Source: Methanocaldococcus jannaschii DSM 2661
GTDB lineage: Archaea; AGJL01; Methanococci; Methanococcales; Methanocaldococcaceae
Reading direction: 5' to 3'
DNA: 32,000 nt
Assembly: GCF_000091665.1 (NCBI RefSeq)
Contig: NC_000909.1
Location: 1,374,118-1,406,117 of the forward strand
The position numbers and the translations under genes were made by a program. Below the pieces are notes generated by a model, which was not told where the DNA came from, did no database searches, and saw nothing but the letters and a program-made list of their open reading frames with translations. Positions 19,083 through 28,300 of this stretch are shown piece after piece (position 1 is the stretch's first letter; every line of letters starts with the position of its first letter).

Positions 19083-20141
19083 TTATTCCAATGCATAATC
19101 CAATATTTCTCCAAATCTTGATTTTACAATATCTCTTTTCCCTAAAACCTTCGCATGTGCATCTAATTCAACAATTGCGTAATCATAAATTTCTTTTATT
19201 GGATGATATGTTCTTGGTCCATCACTTATGCCTATCTTTATTATGTCTTTATCTATCTCTTCAATTGGTAAAGCATGAGGAACACCAGAGACAACAATAG
19301 CATCAACATCCAAATCTTTTAATATTTCGACTGCTCTCTCTCCGGTTATTGGATACTCATCTAACCCACCAGTAATATAATCTGCTTTAAACCTTCTTAA
19401 TATATTTTGTGCATCTCTTCTTATCTTTGGAAGTCCCTTATTTATATCTAAGTTTGCTATATTTACACAGTTAAAGTACTTATTTAAAACAATTAGAGGA
19501 TGAGCAAACAAATAGGCAGTTTCTTTTTTAGCATTCAACACACATGCTATTTTCCCATCTTTTTCTTTCAAATCCTTTAAAACTTTTATAGCTTCATTTA
19601 AATCATCATCATAAGTTGGCTTTATATACTCTTTCTTTGCCATGCCTCTTTTTTTCTCAACTTCAGTAGCTTTTTTTAATAAAAACTTCTGTCTCTCAAA
19701 CTCTTTCTCATCAATTATTCCTAATTTTAAAGCTGACTCCATAGCCTTTATTGCCCCTATTGTATTATCACCGCTTCCACTATGCACCTCAACTGGGATA
19801 ATTATGGCTCTATCATCATCTACAAATTCCCACAAATCTTCACCAATAATCATACTTGCACACGTCCCAACTATGCCTATCATTGGCCTCTCTTTCTTTA
19901 ACTCTTTTTTTAAATATTCAATTGCATAGTCCAAAGCTTTTTTTAAATTCTCTGAAGCTCCAAAGACAATAGCATTTTCATCAATATTGCTTGTAAATAC
20001 TCTAACTCCATCTAACTCTAATAATCTTGCGGTTCTGAAACAACAACCACTTGGACCATGTAAAATTATAGCATCAACACCCAAATCCCTAAGTTGATAC
20101 ATTGCAGCAGCTATTGGTGAAGGTCTTGGATGGAATATCAT
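19083..20141 (-). CDS. cfbD: NifD-like Ni-sirohydrochlorin a,c-diamide reductive cyclase subunit
   Basis: MIFHPRPSPIAAAMYQLRDLGVDAIILHGPSGCCFRTARLLE..., nitrogenase component 1-like P-loop/Cys region (GTCASMIIGEDL, VHSGSGDNT). GGTGAA precedes the ATG. Confidence 0.88.
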   Translation of the reverse strand: MIFHPRPSPIAAAMYQLRDLGVDAIILHGPSGCCFRTARLLELDGVRVFTSNIDENAIVFGASENLKKALDYAIEYLKKELKKERPMIGIVGTCASMIIGEDLWEFVDDDRAIIIPVEVHSGSGDNTIGAIKAMESALKLGIIDEKEFERQKFLLKKATEVEKKRGMAKKEYIKPTYDDDLNEAIKVLKDLKEKDGKIACVLNAKKETAYLFAHPLIVLNKYFNCVNIANLDINKGLPKIRRDAQNILRRFKADYITGGLDEYPITGERAVEILKDLDVDAIVVSGVPHALPIEEIDKDIIKIGISDGPRTYHPIKEIYDYAIVELDAHAKVLGKRDIVKSRFGEILDYALE

Positions 20142-20157
20142 AGATTCACCTCAATAT

Positions 20158-20250
20158 TATAGAACTTTCGCAGGAATAAATGATTTATTGAATAATGATG
20201 CCTTTAGGCATCTAAATACCTTTTTAATATAAAAACTGCGAAGTTCTATA
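20158..20250. repeat. Nested inverted-repeat element (outer 15-bp arms, inner 7-bp hairpin)
   Basis: Left arm TATAGAACTTTCGCAG (20158-20173) vs right arm CTGCGAAGTTCTATA (20236-20250), complementary with one extra T. Inner GATGCCT-TT-AGGCATC at 20197-20212. Confidence 0.75.
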
Positions 20251-20272
20251 TTAATTCATTCATTAATTTTGT

Positions 20273-20299
20273 TAAATAACATAAACCATATGTTATTTA
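20273..20299. promoter_or_regulatory. Inverted repeat upstream of endA (candidate operator)
   Basis: TAAATAACAT-aaaccat-... ATGTTATTTA: 10-bp perfect arms with a 7-nt spacer, about 45 bp upstream of the endA start. AT-rich, so chance occurrence is possible. Confidence 0.35.
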
Positions 20300-20343
20300 T
20301 TTTATTATCCACAATAAATTTTAAGATTTTATAAATAATAACT

Positions 20344-20883
20344 TTGGTGAGAGATAAAATGGGCAAAAAAATAACTGGATTGTTGGATGGAGATAGAGTT
20401 ATAGTGTTTGACAAAAATGGGATATCTAAGTTATCAGCAAGGCATTATGGAAATGTTGAAGGGAATTTTTTATCTCTATCTTTAGTTGAAGCCCTCTATT
20501 TGATAAATTTAGGATGGTTGGAAGTGAAATATAAAGATAACAAACCTCTAAGTTTTGAAGAACTATATGAATATGCGAGAAATGTTGAAGAAAGACTATG
20601 TTTAAAATATTTAGTTTATAAGGATTTAAGAACAAGAGGTTATATAGTAAAGACTGGTTTGAAGTATGGGGCTGATTTTAGGCTTTATGAGAGGGGAGCT
20701 AACATAGATAAAGAACACTCTGTTTATTTGGTTAAGGTATTTCCTGAAGATAGCTCTTTTCTATTAAGTGAGCTAACTGGGTTTGTTAGGGTTGCTCACT
20801 CAGTTAGAAAAAAATTACTCATAGCAATCGTTGATGCAGATGGGGATATTGTCTATTATAACATGACCTATGTAAAACCATAA
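20344..20883 (+). CDS. endA: tRNA-splicing endonuclease
   Basis: 179 aa with catalytic-type segments [50 protein letters not shown]. Confidence 0.95.
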
Positions 20884-20908
20884 AATTAAAAATTTTTGGA
20901 GGGATATA

Positions 20909-21943
20909 ATGATTTTAAAACCAGAAAATGAAAAAAAGTTAATAATTGATGTCTTAAAAAAATTTGGTGTTCCAGAGGAAGATGCCAAAATAACTGCCGA
21001 TGTTTTTGTTGATGCTGATTTAAAGGGTTTTACTTCTCATGGAATTGGAAGGTTTCCACAGTATATAACTGCCTTAAAATTAGGAAATATAAATCCAAAG
21101 CCAGATATAAAGATAGTTAAAGAAAGCCCAGCAACGGCAGTTATAGATGGAGATTTGGGTTTAGGTCAAGTTGTTGGAAAAAAAGCCATGGAATTAGCTA
21201 TAAAAAAGGCAAAAAATGTTGGAGTTGGAGTTGTTGCTACAAGAAATGCTAATCACTTTGGTATCGCTGGCTATTATTCAGAGTTAGCTATGAATCAAGA
21301 TATGATTGGAATAACAATAACAAACACAGAGCCAGCTATGGCTCCTTTTGGTGGTAAAGAGAAAATTTTAGGAACAAATCCAATTGCTATAGCATTTAAA
21401 GGAAATAAGTATAAATTTTCCTTAGACATGGCTACTGCTTCAATTGCAAGAGGAAAGATTTTAGAAGCTTTAAGAAAAAAAATAAAGATTCCAGAAGGTT
21501 GTGCAGTAGATAAAGATGGAAAGCCAACAACAGACCCTGCTAAAGCATTGGAAGGATGTATATTACCATTTGGAGGACCTAAGGGGTATGGTTTGGCATT
21601 AGCTATCGAAATGCTGTCAGCTATCGGTGGGGCTGAGGTTGGGACTAAGGTTAAAGGGACTGCTAATCCAGAGGAGAGATGCACTAAGGGAGATTTATTT
21701 ATAGCTATAAATCCAGAATTTTTTATGGGGAAGGAGGAGTTTAAAAGAAAAGTTGATGAGTTGTTAGATGAAATTAAAAACTCAGAGCCAGCAGAAGGTT
21801 TTGAGATATTAATCCCTGGGGAAATAGAGGAGAGGAATAAAATGAAAAGAAAGGATGGATTTGAAATTGATAAAAACTTATACAACCAATTAAAAGAAAT
21901 TTGTAATGAGTTGGGATTAAATATTGAGGACTATATTGAATAA
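20909..21943 (+). CDS. comC: Malate/L-sulfolactate-type dehydrogenase (LDH2 family)
   Basis: VFVDADLKGFTSHGIGRFPQYI, VATRNANHFGIAGYYSELA, ITNTEPAMAPFGGKEKILGTNPIAIAF, FGGPKGYGLALAIEMLS: LDH2/YlbC family signatures. The coenzyme M pathway role is from recalled knowledge. Confidence 0.9.
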   Translation: MILKPENEKKLIIDVLKKFGVPEEDAKITADVFVDADLKGFTSHGIGRFPQYITALKLGNINPKPDIKIVKESPATAVIDGDLGLGQVVGKKAMELAIKKAKNVGVGVVATRNANHFGIAGYYSELAMNQDMIGITITNTEPAMAPFGGKEKILGTNPIAIAFKGNKYKFSLDMATASIARGKILEALRKKIKIPEGCAVDKDGKPTTDPAKALEGCILPFGGPKGYGLALAIEMLSAIGGAEVGTKVKGTANPEERCTKGDLFIAINPEFFMGKEEFKRKVDELLDEIKNSEPAEGFEILIPGEIEERNKMKRKDGFEIDKNLYNQLKEICNELGLNIEDYIE

Positions 21944-21965
21944 ATTAAATATAAATGGTGAAATA

Positions 21966-22430
21966 ATGTTAATAAAAGATATCATGAAAAAACCCATTGT
22001 GGTTTATGAGGATAATGATTTAATCGATGTAATAAGATTATTTAGGAAAAATAAGATAAGTGGAGCCCCAGTATTAAATAAAGATGGTAAGTTAGTGGGA
22101 ATAATCTCAGAGAGTGACATAGTGAAAACCATTGTTACACATAATGAAGATTTAAATCTCATTTTACCATCACCATTGGATTTGATTGAACTTCCACTAA
22201 AAACAGCTTTAAAGATAGAGGAATTTATGGAAGATTTAAAAAATGCATTAAAAACAAAGGTTAGGGATGTGATGACAAGAAAAGTTATTGTTGCTAAGCC
22301 AGATATGACAATTAATGATGCAGCAAAGTTGATGGTTAAAAATAACATCAAAAGATTGCCAGTAGTTGATGATGAAGGAAATTTAATTGGTATTGTTACA
22401 AGAGGGGATTTGATAGAGGCATTAATTTAA
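21966..22430 (+). CDS. CBS-domain protein (two CBS domains)
   Basis: MLIKDIMKKPIVVYEDNDLIDVIRLFRKNKISGAPVLNKDGKLVGIISESD... and VRDVMTRKVIVAKPDMTINDAAKLMVKNNIKRLPVVDDEGNLIGIVTRGDL. GGTGAAATA precedes ATG 21966. Confidence 0.93.
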   Translation: MLIKDIMKKPIVVYEDNDLIDVIRLFRKNKISGAPVLNKDGKLVGIISESDIVKTIVTHNEDLNLILPSPLDLIELPLKTALKIEEFMEDLKNALKTKVRDVMTRKVIVAKPDMTINDAAKLMVKNNIKRLPVVDDEGNLIGIVTRGDLIEALI

Positions 22431-22527
22431 GCTTCAAACTTTTTATTTTTTGTTGTAAATATTTATAATTTATAGAACATCTGGTTGTTATTGTTATTAT
22501 CTTTAAAACCTTAATAATGGTGAGATT

Positions 22528-23514
22528 TTGATAATTCAAACACCATCAAGGATTCACATGGGGCTTATAGATTTGAATGGTTCTATTGGAAGAGTTGATG
22601 GAGGTATTGGTTTGGCTTTAGAGGAGCCAAATATAAAAATTGAAGGAAAAGAAAGTGATGATATATCCATTGAGTTTGATAAAAAATTGATTGAAAAGTA
22701 TGGAGAAGATTATATAAAATCTGTTAGAGATAGAGTATATAATACAGCTATCAAAGTTTTAGATGTTATTGGTGGAGAGGGAGTTGATTTAAAAATCCTA
22801 TCACTATTTCCAGCCCATTCTGGTCTTGGTAGTGGAACACAGCTATCTTTGGCTGTAGGTAAATTAATATCAAAAATATACAATAAAGAAATGAACGCCT
22901 ACAATATTGCTAAAATTACTGGAAGGGGAGGGACTTCAGGCATTGGAATAGGGGCTTTTGAGTATGGAGGATTTTTAATTGATGGAGGGCATAGTTTTGG
23001 CAAGGGTAAGGATAAAGAAGATTTTAGACCTTCATCTGCTTCAAAAGGAGTTAAGCCAGCACCAATAATATTTAGACATGATTTTGATTGGGAAACTATC
23101 TTAATAATTCCAAAAGGAGAACATGTCTATGGAAAAAAAGAAGTGGATATATTTAAAAAATACTGCCCAGTTCCTTTAAATGAAGTTGAAAAAATCTGCC
23201 ATTTAGTTTTAATGAAGATGATGCCAGCAGTTGTTGAAAAAAATTTAGATGATTTTGGAGAAGTTATCAACAAGCTTCAATACTTAGGCTTTAAAAAAGT
23301 TGAACTCTCTTTACAATCAGATATTGTTAAAGATTTAATTAATGAATTGCATAAAGATGTTTATGCAGGACTTTCAAGCTTTGGCCCAACAATTTATGCA
23401 TTTGGAGACAAAAAATTAATTGTTGAAAAAGCCAACGATATTTTTGATAAATATGGAGTTTATGGAGAAATAATTATAACTAAAGCAAATAATGTGGGGC
23501 ATAAAATTTGGTGA
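22528..23514 (+). CDS. mptG: Beta-ribofuranosylaminobenzene 5'-phosphate synthase (GHMP kinase-like)
   Basis: IQTPSRIHMGLIDLNGSIGRVDGGIGLAL, PAHSGLGSGTQLSLAVGK, GRGGTSGIGIGAFEYGGFLIDGGHS. TTG start with upstream GGTGAG. Confidence 0.88.
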   Translation: MIIQTPSRIHMGLIDLNGSIGRVDGGIGLALEEPNIKIEGKESDDISIEFDKKLIEKYGEDYIKSVRDRVYNTAIKVLDVIGGEGVDLKILSLFPAHSGLGSGTQLSLAVGKLISKIYNKEMNAYNIAKITGRGGTSGIGIGAFEYGGFLIDGGHSFGKGKDKEDFRPSSASKGVKPAPIIFRHDFDWETILIIPKGEHVYGKKEVDIFKKYCPVPLNEVEKICHLVLMKMMPAVVEKNLDDFGEVINKLQYLGFKKVELSLQSDIVKDLINELHKDVYAGLSSFGPTIYAFGDKKLIVEKANDIFDKYGVYGEIIITKANNVGHKIW

Positions 23515-23520
23515 TTCACA

Positions 23521-25224
23521 ATGAACTTGTTCAGAAAGATAAGTGAAAAACTTAAATCCTATGAAGATTGGGTTACTGAGGCTAACTATTACTTAGATGA
23601 AGGAATATATGACAAAGCAGTTGAATGCTACTTAAAAGCATTAGAAAAGAAAAATACCAATCCTATTGATTGGTTTAATCTTGCTTATGCACTCTACCAT
23701 TTAGAAAAATACGACTCTGCACTTGAGGCAATAAATGAGGCGTTAAAAATATCTCCATCAAACATATATTTTGCATATCTTAAAGGACTCATTCACTATA
23801 AACGTGGGGAAATAATTTTAGCATATAAATATCTTAAAAAGGCCTCTGAAAAAATTAAAAATGAGGAATTATTTGAAATTTTGGGAGATATTTCGGTTAA
23901 ATATGGTAGATACGAAGAGGCTTTAAAATACTATTTAAAATCATATAAAATGGCAAATTCAAAAAATCTCAATGCGTTATTTAAGGCAGGAAAGATTTAT
24001 CTACTGTTTGGAGACATTGATAAAGCATATGATGCGTTTAATGAAATATTACAACAAAATCCAAGCCATGAGTGTAAAAAAATTGTTGAATGTATGGAAA
24101 ACGTTGTAAATGCCATAAACTCTTATGAAGATTTAAATAATGGACTTACGATGATAAAAAATAAAGATTACATTGGTGCATTAAAAATTTTTAATAAAGT
24201 GCTTCAGATAGATGAAAATTCTGACATCTCTTACTATTATAAAAGTGTAATTGCAGAAATCTTTGAAGAATATAAAAAAGCCCTTGAATATATTGATAAA
24301 TCGATATCAATATTTAATAGGAGTTTATATTATGCAAAAAAAGGAGATATATTATACAAGCTTGGAGATGAAGAGGGAGCTATAGAAGCATATAACAAGG
24401 CAATTAAGCTAAATTCACAAAATCCATATGCATATTTTGGATTGGCCATACTTTATTACAGAAAAGGAGAGTTGGAAAAATCCTCAAACTTTTTTGATAA
24501 AGTCTTAGAAACATACCTTGAAGAACTCTCAGAGGAAGATATTAGCGCACTCAACTTATACTCCCTAATTGGAAAAGCTGAGACAACAGGAATCCCAAAA
24601 TACTATCATGAGGCTATGAAATATGTAGATAATTTAATAAATCTGGAAAACAGCAGTAGATGGTGGTATGTCAAAGGGTATATTTATTACAAGTTAGGGA
24701 ACTACAAGGATGCGTATGAATCTTTTATGAATGCTTTAAGAGTGAATCCAAAAGATATTAGCACATTAAAATCTCTTGCAATAGTTCTTGAAAAATCTGG
24801 AAAAATCGATGAAGCGATAACAACATACACAAAAATTTTGAAAATTGTCAATTCTTTGCAATTTACATGTGAAATCGACAATATATTAGAAAAATTAAGA
24901 AGTAGAAAACCTACAAATCTTGAAATACCTTCGGTTTTATTTGATATTCCTGTAATGTATCACAAACCAAATATTACTTGTTTCTATGCATCAAACCTAT
25001 GGAAGTATATGGCAAATAATAATCCTATTGGAGCATATATCTATCTATCATTTATTGAATCATACATAAGCTTAGATGAAATATCCCAAATGGTCAATGA
25101 TATAAAGTCCAAGTTATCATTAGAGATGTACAGATACTGTGAATTAATTGATGATTATAAATCTGATGAGAGCGTTTTAATGCAAATAAAAGAGCTTCTC
25201 CAAAAACTTGGGTGTATGTTATGA
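23521..25224 (+). CDS. Large tetratricopeptide-repeat protein with uncharacterised C-terminal region
   Basis: At least 8 TPR-like units (e.g. GIYDKAVECYLKALEKKNTNPIDWFNLAYALYHLEKYDSALEAINEALKISP, GDEEGAIEAYNKAIKLNSQNPYAYFGLAILYYRKGELEKS). The last roughly 110 aa are not TPR-like. Confidence 0.9.
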   Translation: MNLFRKISEKLKSYEDWVTEANYYLDEGIYDKAVECYLKALEKKNTNPIDWFNLAYALYHLEKYDSALEAINEALKISPSNIYFAYLKGLIHYKRGEIILAYKYLKKASEKIKNEELFEILGDISVKYGRYEEALKYYLKSYKMANSKNLNALFKAGKIYLLFGDIDKAYDAFNEILQQNPSHECKKIVECMENVVNAINSYEDLNNGLTMIKNKDYIGALKIFNKVLQIDENSDISYYYKSVIAEIFEEYKKALEYIDKSISIFNRSLYYAKKGDILYKLGDEEGAIEAYNKAIKLNSQNPYAYFGLAILYYRKGELEKSSNFFDKVLETYLEELSEEDISALNLYSLIGKAETTGIPKYYHEAMKYVDNLINLENSSRWWYVKGYIYYKLGNYKDAYESFMNALRVNPKDISTLKSLAIVLEKSGKIDEAITTYTKILKIVNSLQFTCEIDNILEKLRSRKPTNLEIPSVLFDIPVMYHKPNITCFYASNLWKYMANNNPIGAYIYLSFIESYISLDEISQMVNDIKSKLSLEMYRYCELIDDYKSDESVLMQIKELLQKLGCML

Positions 25225-26723
25225 AGGTTGTAGGAAAGACTACAACAACACACTTTACTTTTGAATCCCTTGAAAAGATAAGATTTGGAGAGTATGTAAT
25301 TGCAAAAAATGTTGATGGCAGAGATGTATTGGGTGTTATAAAAAATGTAGTTGCAGATGTTGAGAAATTTGTTGGTGAAGTTAAAGTCATTGGTGTATTG
25401 GATGGAAACAAAATAATTCCCAATAGAACACCAATACTCCCAAACAGTGAAGTTAGATTGTGTGATGATGAAATCCTAAATAATATATATCTAACTCCAG
25501 ATGGGTTGAATATAGGTCATTTATTAACAAGAGATAATGTTAGAGTTTATTTAGACACAAATAAACTTGTATCAAGACATTTTGCAATACTCTCTATAAC
25601 TGGAGGGGGAAAATCAAATACCGCATCTGTTTTGTGCAGAGAACTTGCAAAGAAAAATGGAACTGTAATAATGATAGACCCCCATGGAGAGTATATCTCT
25701 TTATATCATGAAGACATGGAGGGGAAAATAAAGGTAATAAATCCAATAATAAACCCTGTTTTATTAGCTCCAAGTGAATTTGCTAATTTAATTGGGATAG
25801 GCGATAATGAGATAGAGAAGAGAGTTTATGTGGAATTTGCATACCACACTGTAAAACATGAATGTCCAGATGCTAAAGGAATTGAGTTTATTGAAAAAAT
25901 AGAAAATCTACTCTATGAATGGAGTAAGATAGCATCAGTTGGATGGGAAATTAAATATTACAACCCATTAAGAAGGAACTATGATAGAAGAAAATTAGAA
26001 AAGGAAGATTTCGTTATATTGATGTCTCTCATTGATACTATTAGCAAATTCAAATTAGATTATGCATTAAATATTGGGGATAGAGATGTAATTGAAGAAT
26101 TTGAAATTGGAAAAATAAACATCGTTAATTTAAGTGGGTTGGAGATTCCTCAGATGGTTACTTTTGTGGGATTTATAGCTAAACATCTTCTTTTAAAAAG
26201 GATAACTTACTTAAAATCATTAAAGGATGTATATAGTATTAATGAGGAAATTAGAAGAGTTGCACAATCAAACTTAAACATTATTGAATCACACTACAAA
26301 GTTGTAACAAAACCTGTCCTGTTAATTGTAGAAGAAGCTCATATATTTATTCCAGTAAATGAACAAAACTCAGCAAGCTTATGGTTGGGGAAGATAGCAA
26401 GAGAGGGAAGAAAATTTGGTGTTGGTTTAGGTTTAGTATCCCAAAGACCTAAGCAATTGCATCCTGATGTTTTATCTCAAACGAACACTAAGATAATTTT
26501 AAAAATAGTCGAACCAGAAGACCAAAAATATATACAGAGAGCTTCAGAAGAACTTGGAGAAGATTTGGTAAAAGATTTGGCATCTTTGGGTATTGGAGAA
26601 GCAGTAATTGTAGGAGCAGCAATATCCCTCCCATCAATAGTCAAAATTGACAAATTTGATGGAGTATATGGAGGAAAGGATATAAACATAGTCGGAGAAT
26701 GGATGGGTTTAGATGATTGGTAA
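25221..26723 (+). CDS. HerA-like DNA translocase/ATPase
   Basis: N-terminal HAS-barrel-like region; Walker A ITGGGKSNTASVL; DPHGEYI; Walker B PVLLIVEEAHIFIP; GREGRKFGVGLGLVSQRPKQLHPDVLSQTNTKIILKI. ATG 25221 overlaps the TPR gene stop (ATGA). Confidence 0.9.
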   Translation: MKVVGKTTTTHFTFESLEKIRFGEYVIAKNVDGRDVLGVIKNVVADVEKFVGEVKVIGVLDGNKIIPNRTPILPNSEVRLCDDEILNNIYLTPDGLNIGHLLTRDNVRVYLDTNKLVSRHFAILSITGGGKSNTASVLCRELAKKNGTVIMIDPHGEYISLYHEDMEGKIKVINPIINPVLLAPSEFANLIGIGDNEIEKRVYVEFAYHTVKHECPDAKGIEFIEKIENLLYEWSKIASVGWEIKYYNPLRRNYDRRKLEKEDFVILMSLIDTISKFKLDYALNIGDRDVIEEFEIGKINIVNLSGLEIPQMVTFVGFIAKHLLLKRITYLKSLKDVYSINEEIRRVAQSNLNIIESHYKVVTKPVLLIVEEAHIFIPVNEQNSASLWLGKIAREGRKFGVGLGLVSQRPKQLHPDVLSQTNTKIILKIVEPEDQKYIQRASEELGEDLVKDLASLGIGEAVIVGAAISLPSIVKIDKFDGVYGGKDINIVGEWMGLDDW

Positions 26724-26786
26724 CCATAGGAGGAAACCTCCTATTGGTATACCACCCGTCTATTAAGTTAGGACTTTCAGTCCTAA
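26723..26786 (+). other. Tandem hairpins between herA-like gene and hisI (candidate terminator, leader or small RNA)
   Basis: Hairpin 1: ACCATAGGAGG-AAA-CCTCCTATTGGT with one bulged T (26723-26748). Hairpin 2: TTAGGACT-TTC-AGTCCTAA (26768-26786), perfect 8 bp. Region more GC-rich than surroundings. Confidence 0.55.
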
Positions 26787-26811
26787 TTAATATCCATATT
26801 TAGGTGATTTC

Positions 26812-27195
26812 ATGGATGTGGAAGATACTGTTAAAAAACTAAATTTAAAATTCAGAAATATAGAAGGAGAGAGATTAATTTTAGCAATAACCTGTGATGA
26901 GAATAAAAATGTGTTAATGGTTGCATTTATGAATGAAGAGGCATTAAAAAAGACATTAGAAACTGGATATATGCATTATTATTCAACAAGTAGAAAAAAG
27001 TTATGGAGAAAAGGAGAAGAGAGTGGAAATGTTCAAAAATTAATAAAATTTTATAGGGACTGTGATGGAGACGCTTTATTATTTATAGTTGAACAGAAAG
27101 GGGTTGCATGTCATGAGGGTTATTATTCATGTTTCCATTATAAAATAGAAGATGGAGAACTAAAAATAACTGGAGAATACTACTCTAAGAGATGA
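26812..27195 (+). CDS. hisI: Phosphoribosyl-AMP cyclohydrolase
   Basis: [73 protein letters not shown]: complete HisI signature with metal-site cysteines. Confidence 0.96.
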   Translation: MDVEDTVKKLNLKFRNIEGERLILAITCDENKNVLMVAFMNEEALKKTLETGYMHYYSTSRKKLWRKGEESGNVQKLIKFYRDCDGDALLFIVEQKGVACHEGYYSCFHYKIEDGELKITGEYYSKR

Positions 27196-27199
27196 GAAT

Positions 27200-28279
27200 A
27201 TGGACCCAAATAAATTTAGAGAGAAAGAAATATCCAAAAAAGAAGCATTAGAGTTATTTGAAGATAATGAGATTATATTTGAGTTGTTTAAATTTGCAGA
27301 TTCTTTGAGAAGAGAGGAAGTTGGAGATATAGTTACCTACGTGGTAAATAGAAATATAAACTTCACAAATATATGCGTTGGAAATTGCAGATTTTGTGCT
27401 TTCAGAGCCAATGAAAATGACAAACATGCTTATTTTTTAGATATAGATGAGATTGCTAAGAGGGCAGTAGAAGCAAAAAAATTTGGTTGCACTGAGGTTT
27501 GTATTCAGGGAGGATTGCATCCAAAGATAGATACATATTATCAGGCGGAGATTTTAAAGGCTGTGCATGAAGCAACAAAACCTTACGGAGATATCCACAT
27601 ACATGCCTTTTCTCCAATGGAGGTTTATTTTGGTGCTGAGAATGCTGGCTTAGATATTAAAGAAGCATTGAAAATATTGAAAGAAAATGGTCTCAACTCC
27701 ATGCCAGGAACTGCGGCGGAGATTTTAGATGATGACATTAGAGCTGAACTCTGCCCAAATAAAATAAAAACTAAAGAGTGGATTTATATAATTAAGGAGG
27801 CTCATAAATTAGGCATTCCAACAACTGCAACAATGATGTATGGGCATATCGAAGAATATAAACACTGGGTAAATCATCTTTTTATAATTAAAGAGATTCA
27901 GGAAGAGACTAACGGCTTTACTGAATTTGTTCCACTCTCATTTATGCATAAATATGCTCCAATCTATAAAGAAGGAAAGGCAAAAGCTGGAGCTACTGGA
28001 ATTGAAGATTTAAAGGTTTTTGCTGTTAGCAGAATAATATTTAAGGGTTTGATAAAAAATATCCAAGCTTCATGGGTTAAATTAGGAAAAAAGATGGTTC
28101 AAGTTGCTTTAAGATGTGGGGCTAACGATGTTGGTGGCACTTTGATAGAGGAGAGTATATCAAGAAGTGCAGGAGCTGAGCATGGAGTTTATATGAGTGT
28201 TGAAGAGATTAGAGACATGATTAAAAGGGTTGGATTAATTCCTAAGGAGAGAACTACTTTGTATAAAATTTTAGAGTAA
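27200..28279 (+). CDS. cofH: FO synthase subunit 2 (radical SAM)
   Basis: Radical SAM NICVGNCRFCAFRANE (CxxxCxxC), CTEVCIQGGLHPKI, YGDIHIHAFSPMEV, CGANDVGGTLIEESISRSAGA. CofH rather than CofG by recalled similarity. Confidence 0.9.
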   Translation: MDPNKFREKEISKKEALELFEDNEIIFELFKFADSLRREEVGDIVTYVVNRNINFTNICVGNCRFCAFRANENDKHAYFLDIDEIAKRAVEAKKFGCTEVCIQGGLHPKIDTYYQAEILKAVHEATKPYGDIHIHAFSPMEVYFGAENAGLDIKEALKILKENGLNSMPGTAAEILDDDIRAELCPNKIKTKEWIYIIKEAHKLGIPTTATMMYGHIEEYKHWVNHLFIIKEIQEETNGFTEFVPLSFMHKYAPIYKEGKAKAGATGIEDLKVFAVSRIIFKGLIKNIQASWVKLGKKMVQVALRCGANDVGGTLIEESISRSAGAEHGVYMSVEEIRDMIKRVGLIPKERTTLYKILE

Positions 28280-28300
28280 TTTATTATAAAAGGTGAGAGG

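Noticed and set aside
14494-19098. Many plus-strand ORFs (14494..14793, 14800..15045, 15311..15523, 16177..16473, 16723..17316, 17654..17839, 18566..18751, 18787..19098) opposite rfcS, including a 197-aa one
   Set aside because: The long minus-strand ORF with four extein pieces and three inteins accounts for the region. The antisense ORFs are S/L/F-rich complements of K/E-rich coding.
19091-19929. Plus-strand ORFs 19091..19300 and 19642..19929 opposite cfbD
   Set aside because: Antisense shadows of the NifD-like CDS.
26723-26810. tRNA or C/D-box sRNA interpretation of the paired hairpins
   Set aside because: Stem lengths and loops do not fit a tRNA, and no RUGAUGA/CUGA box pairs were seen. 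Kept only as an unassigned structured region.
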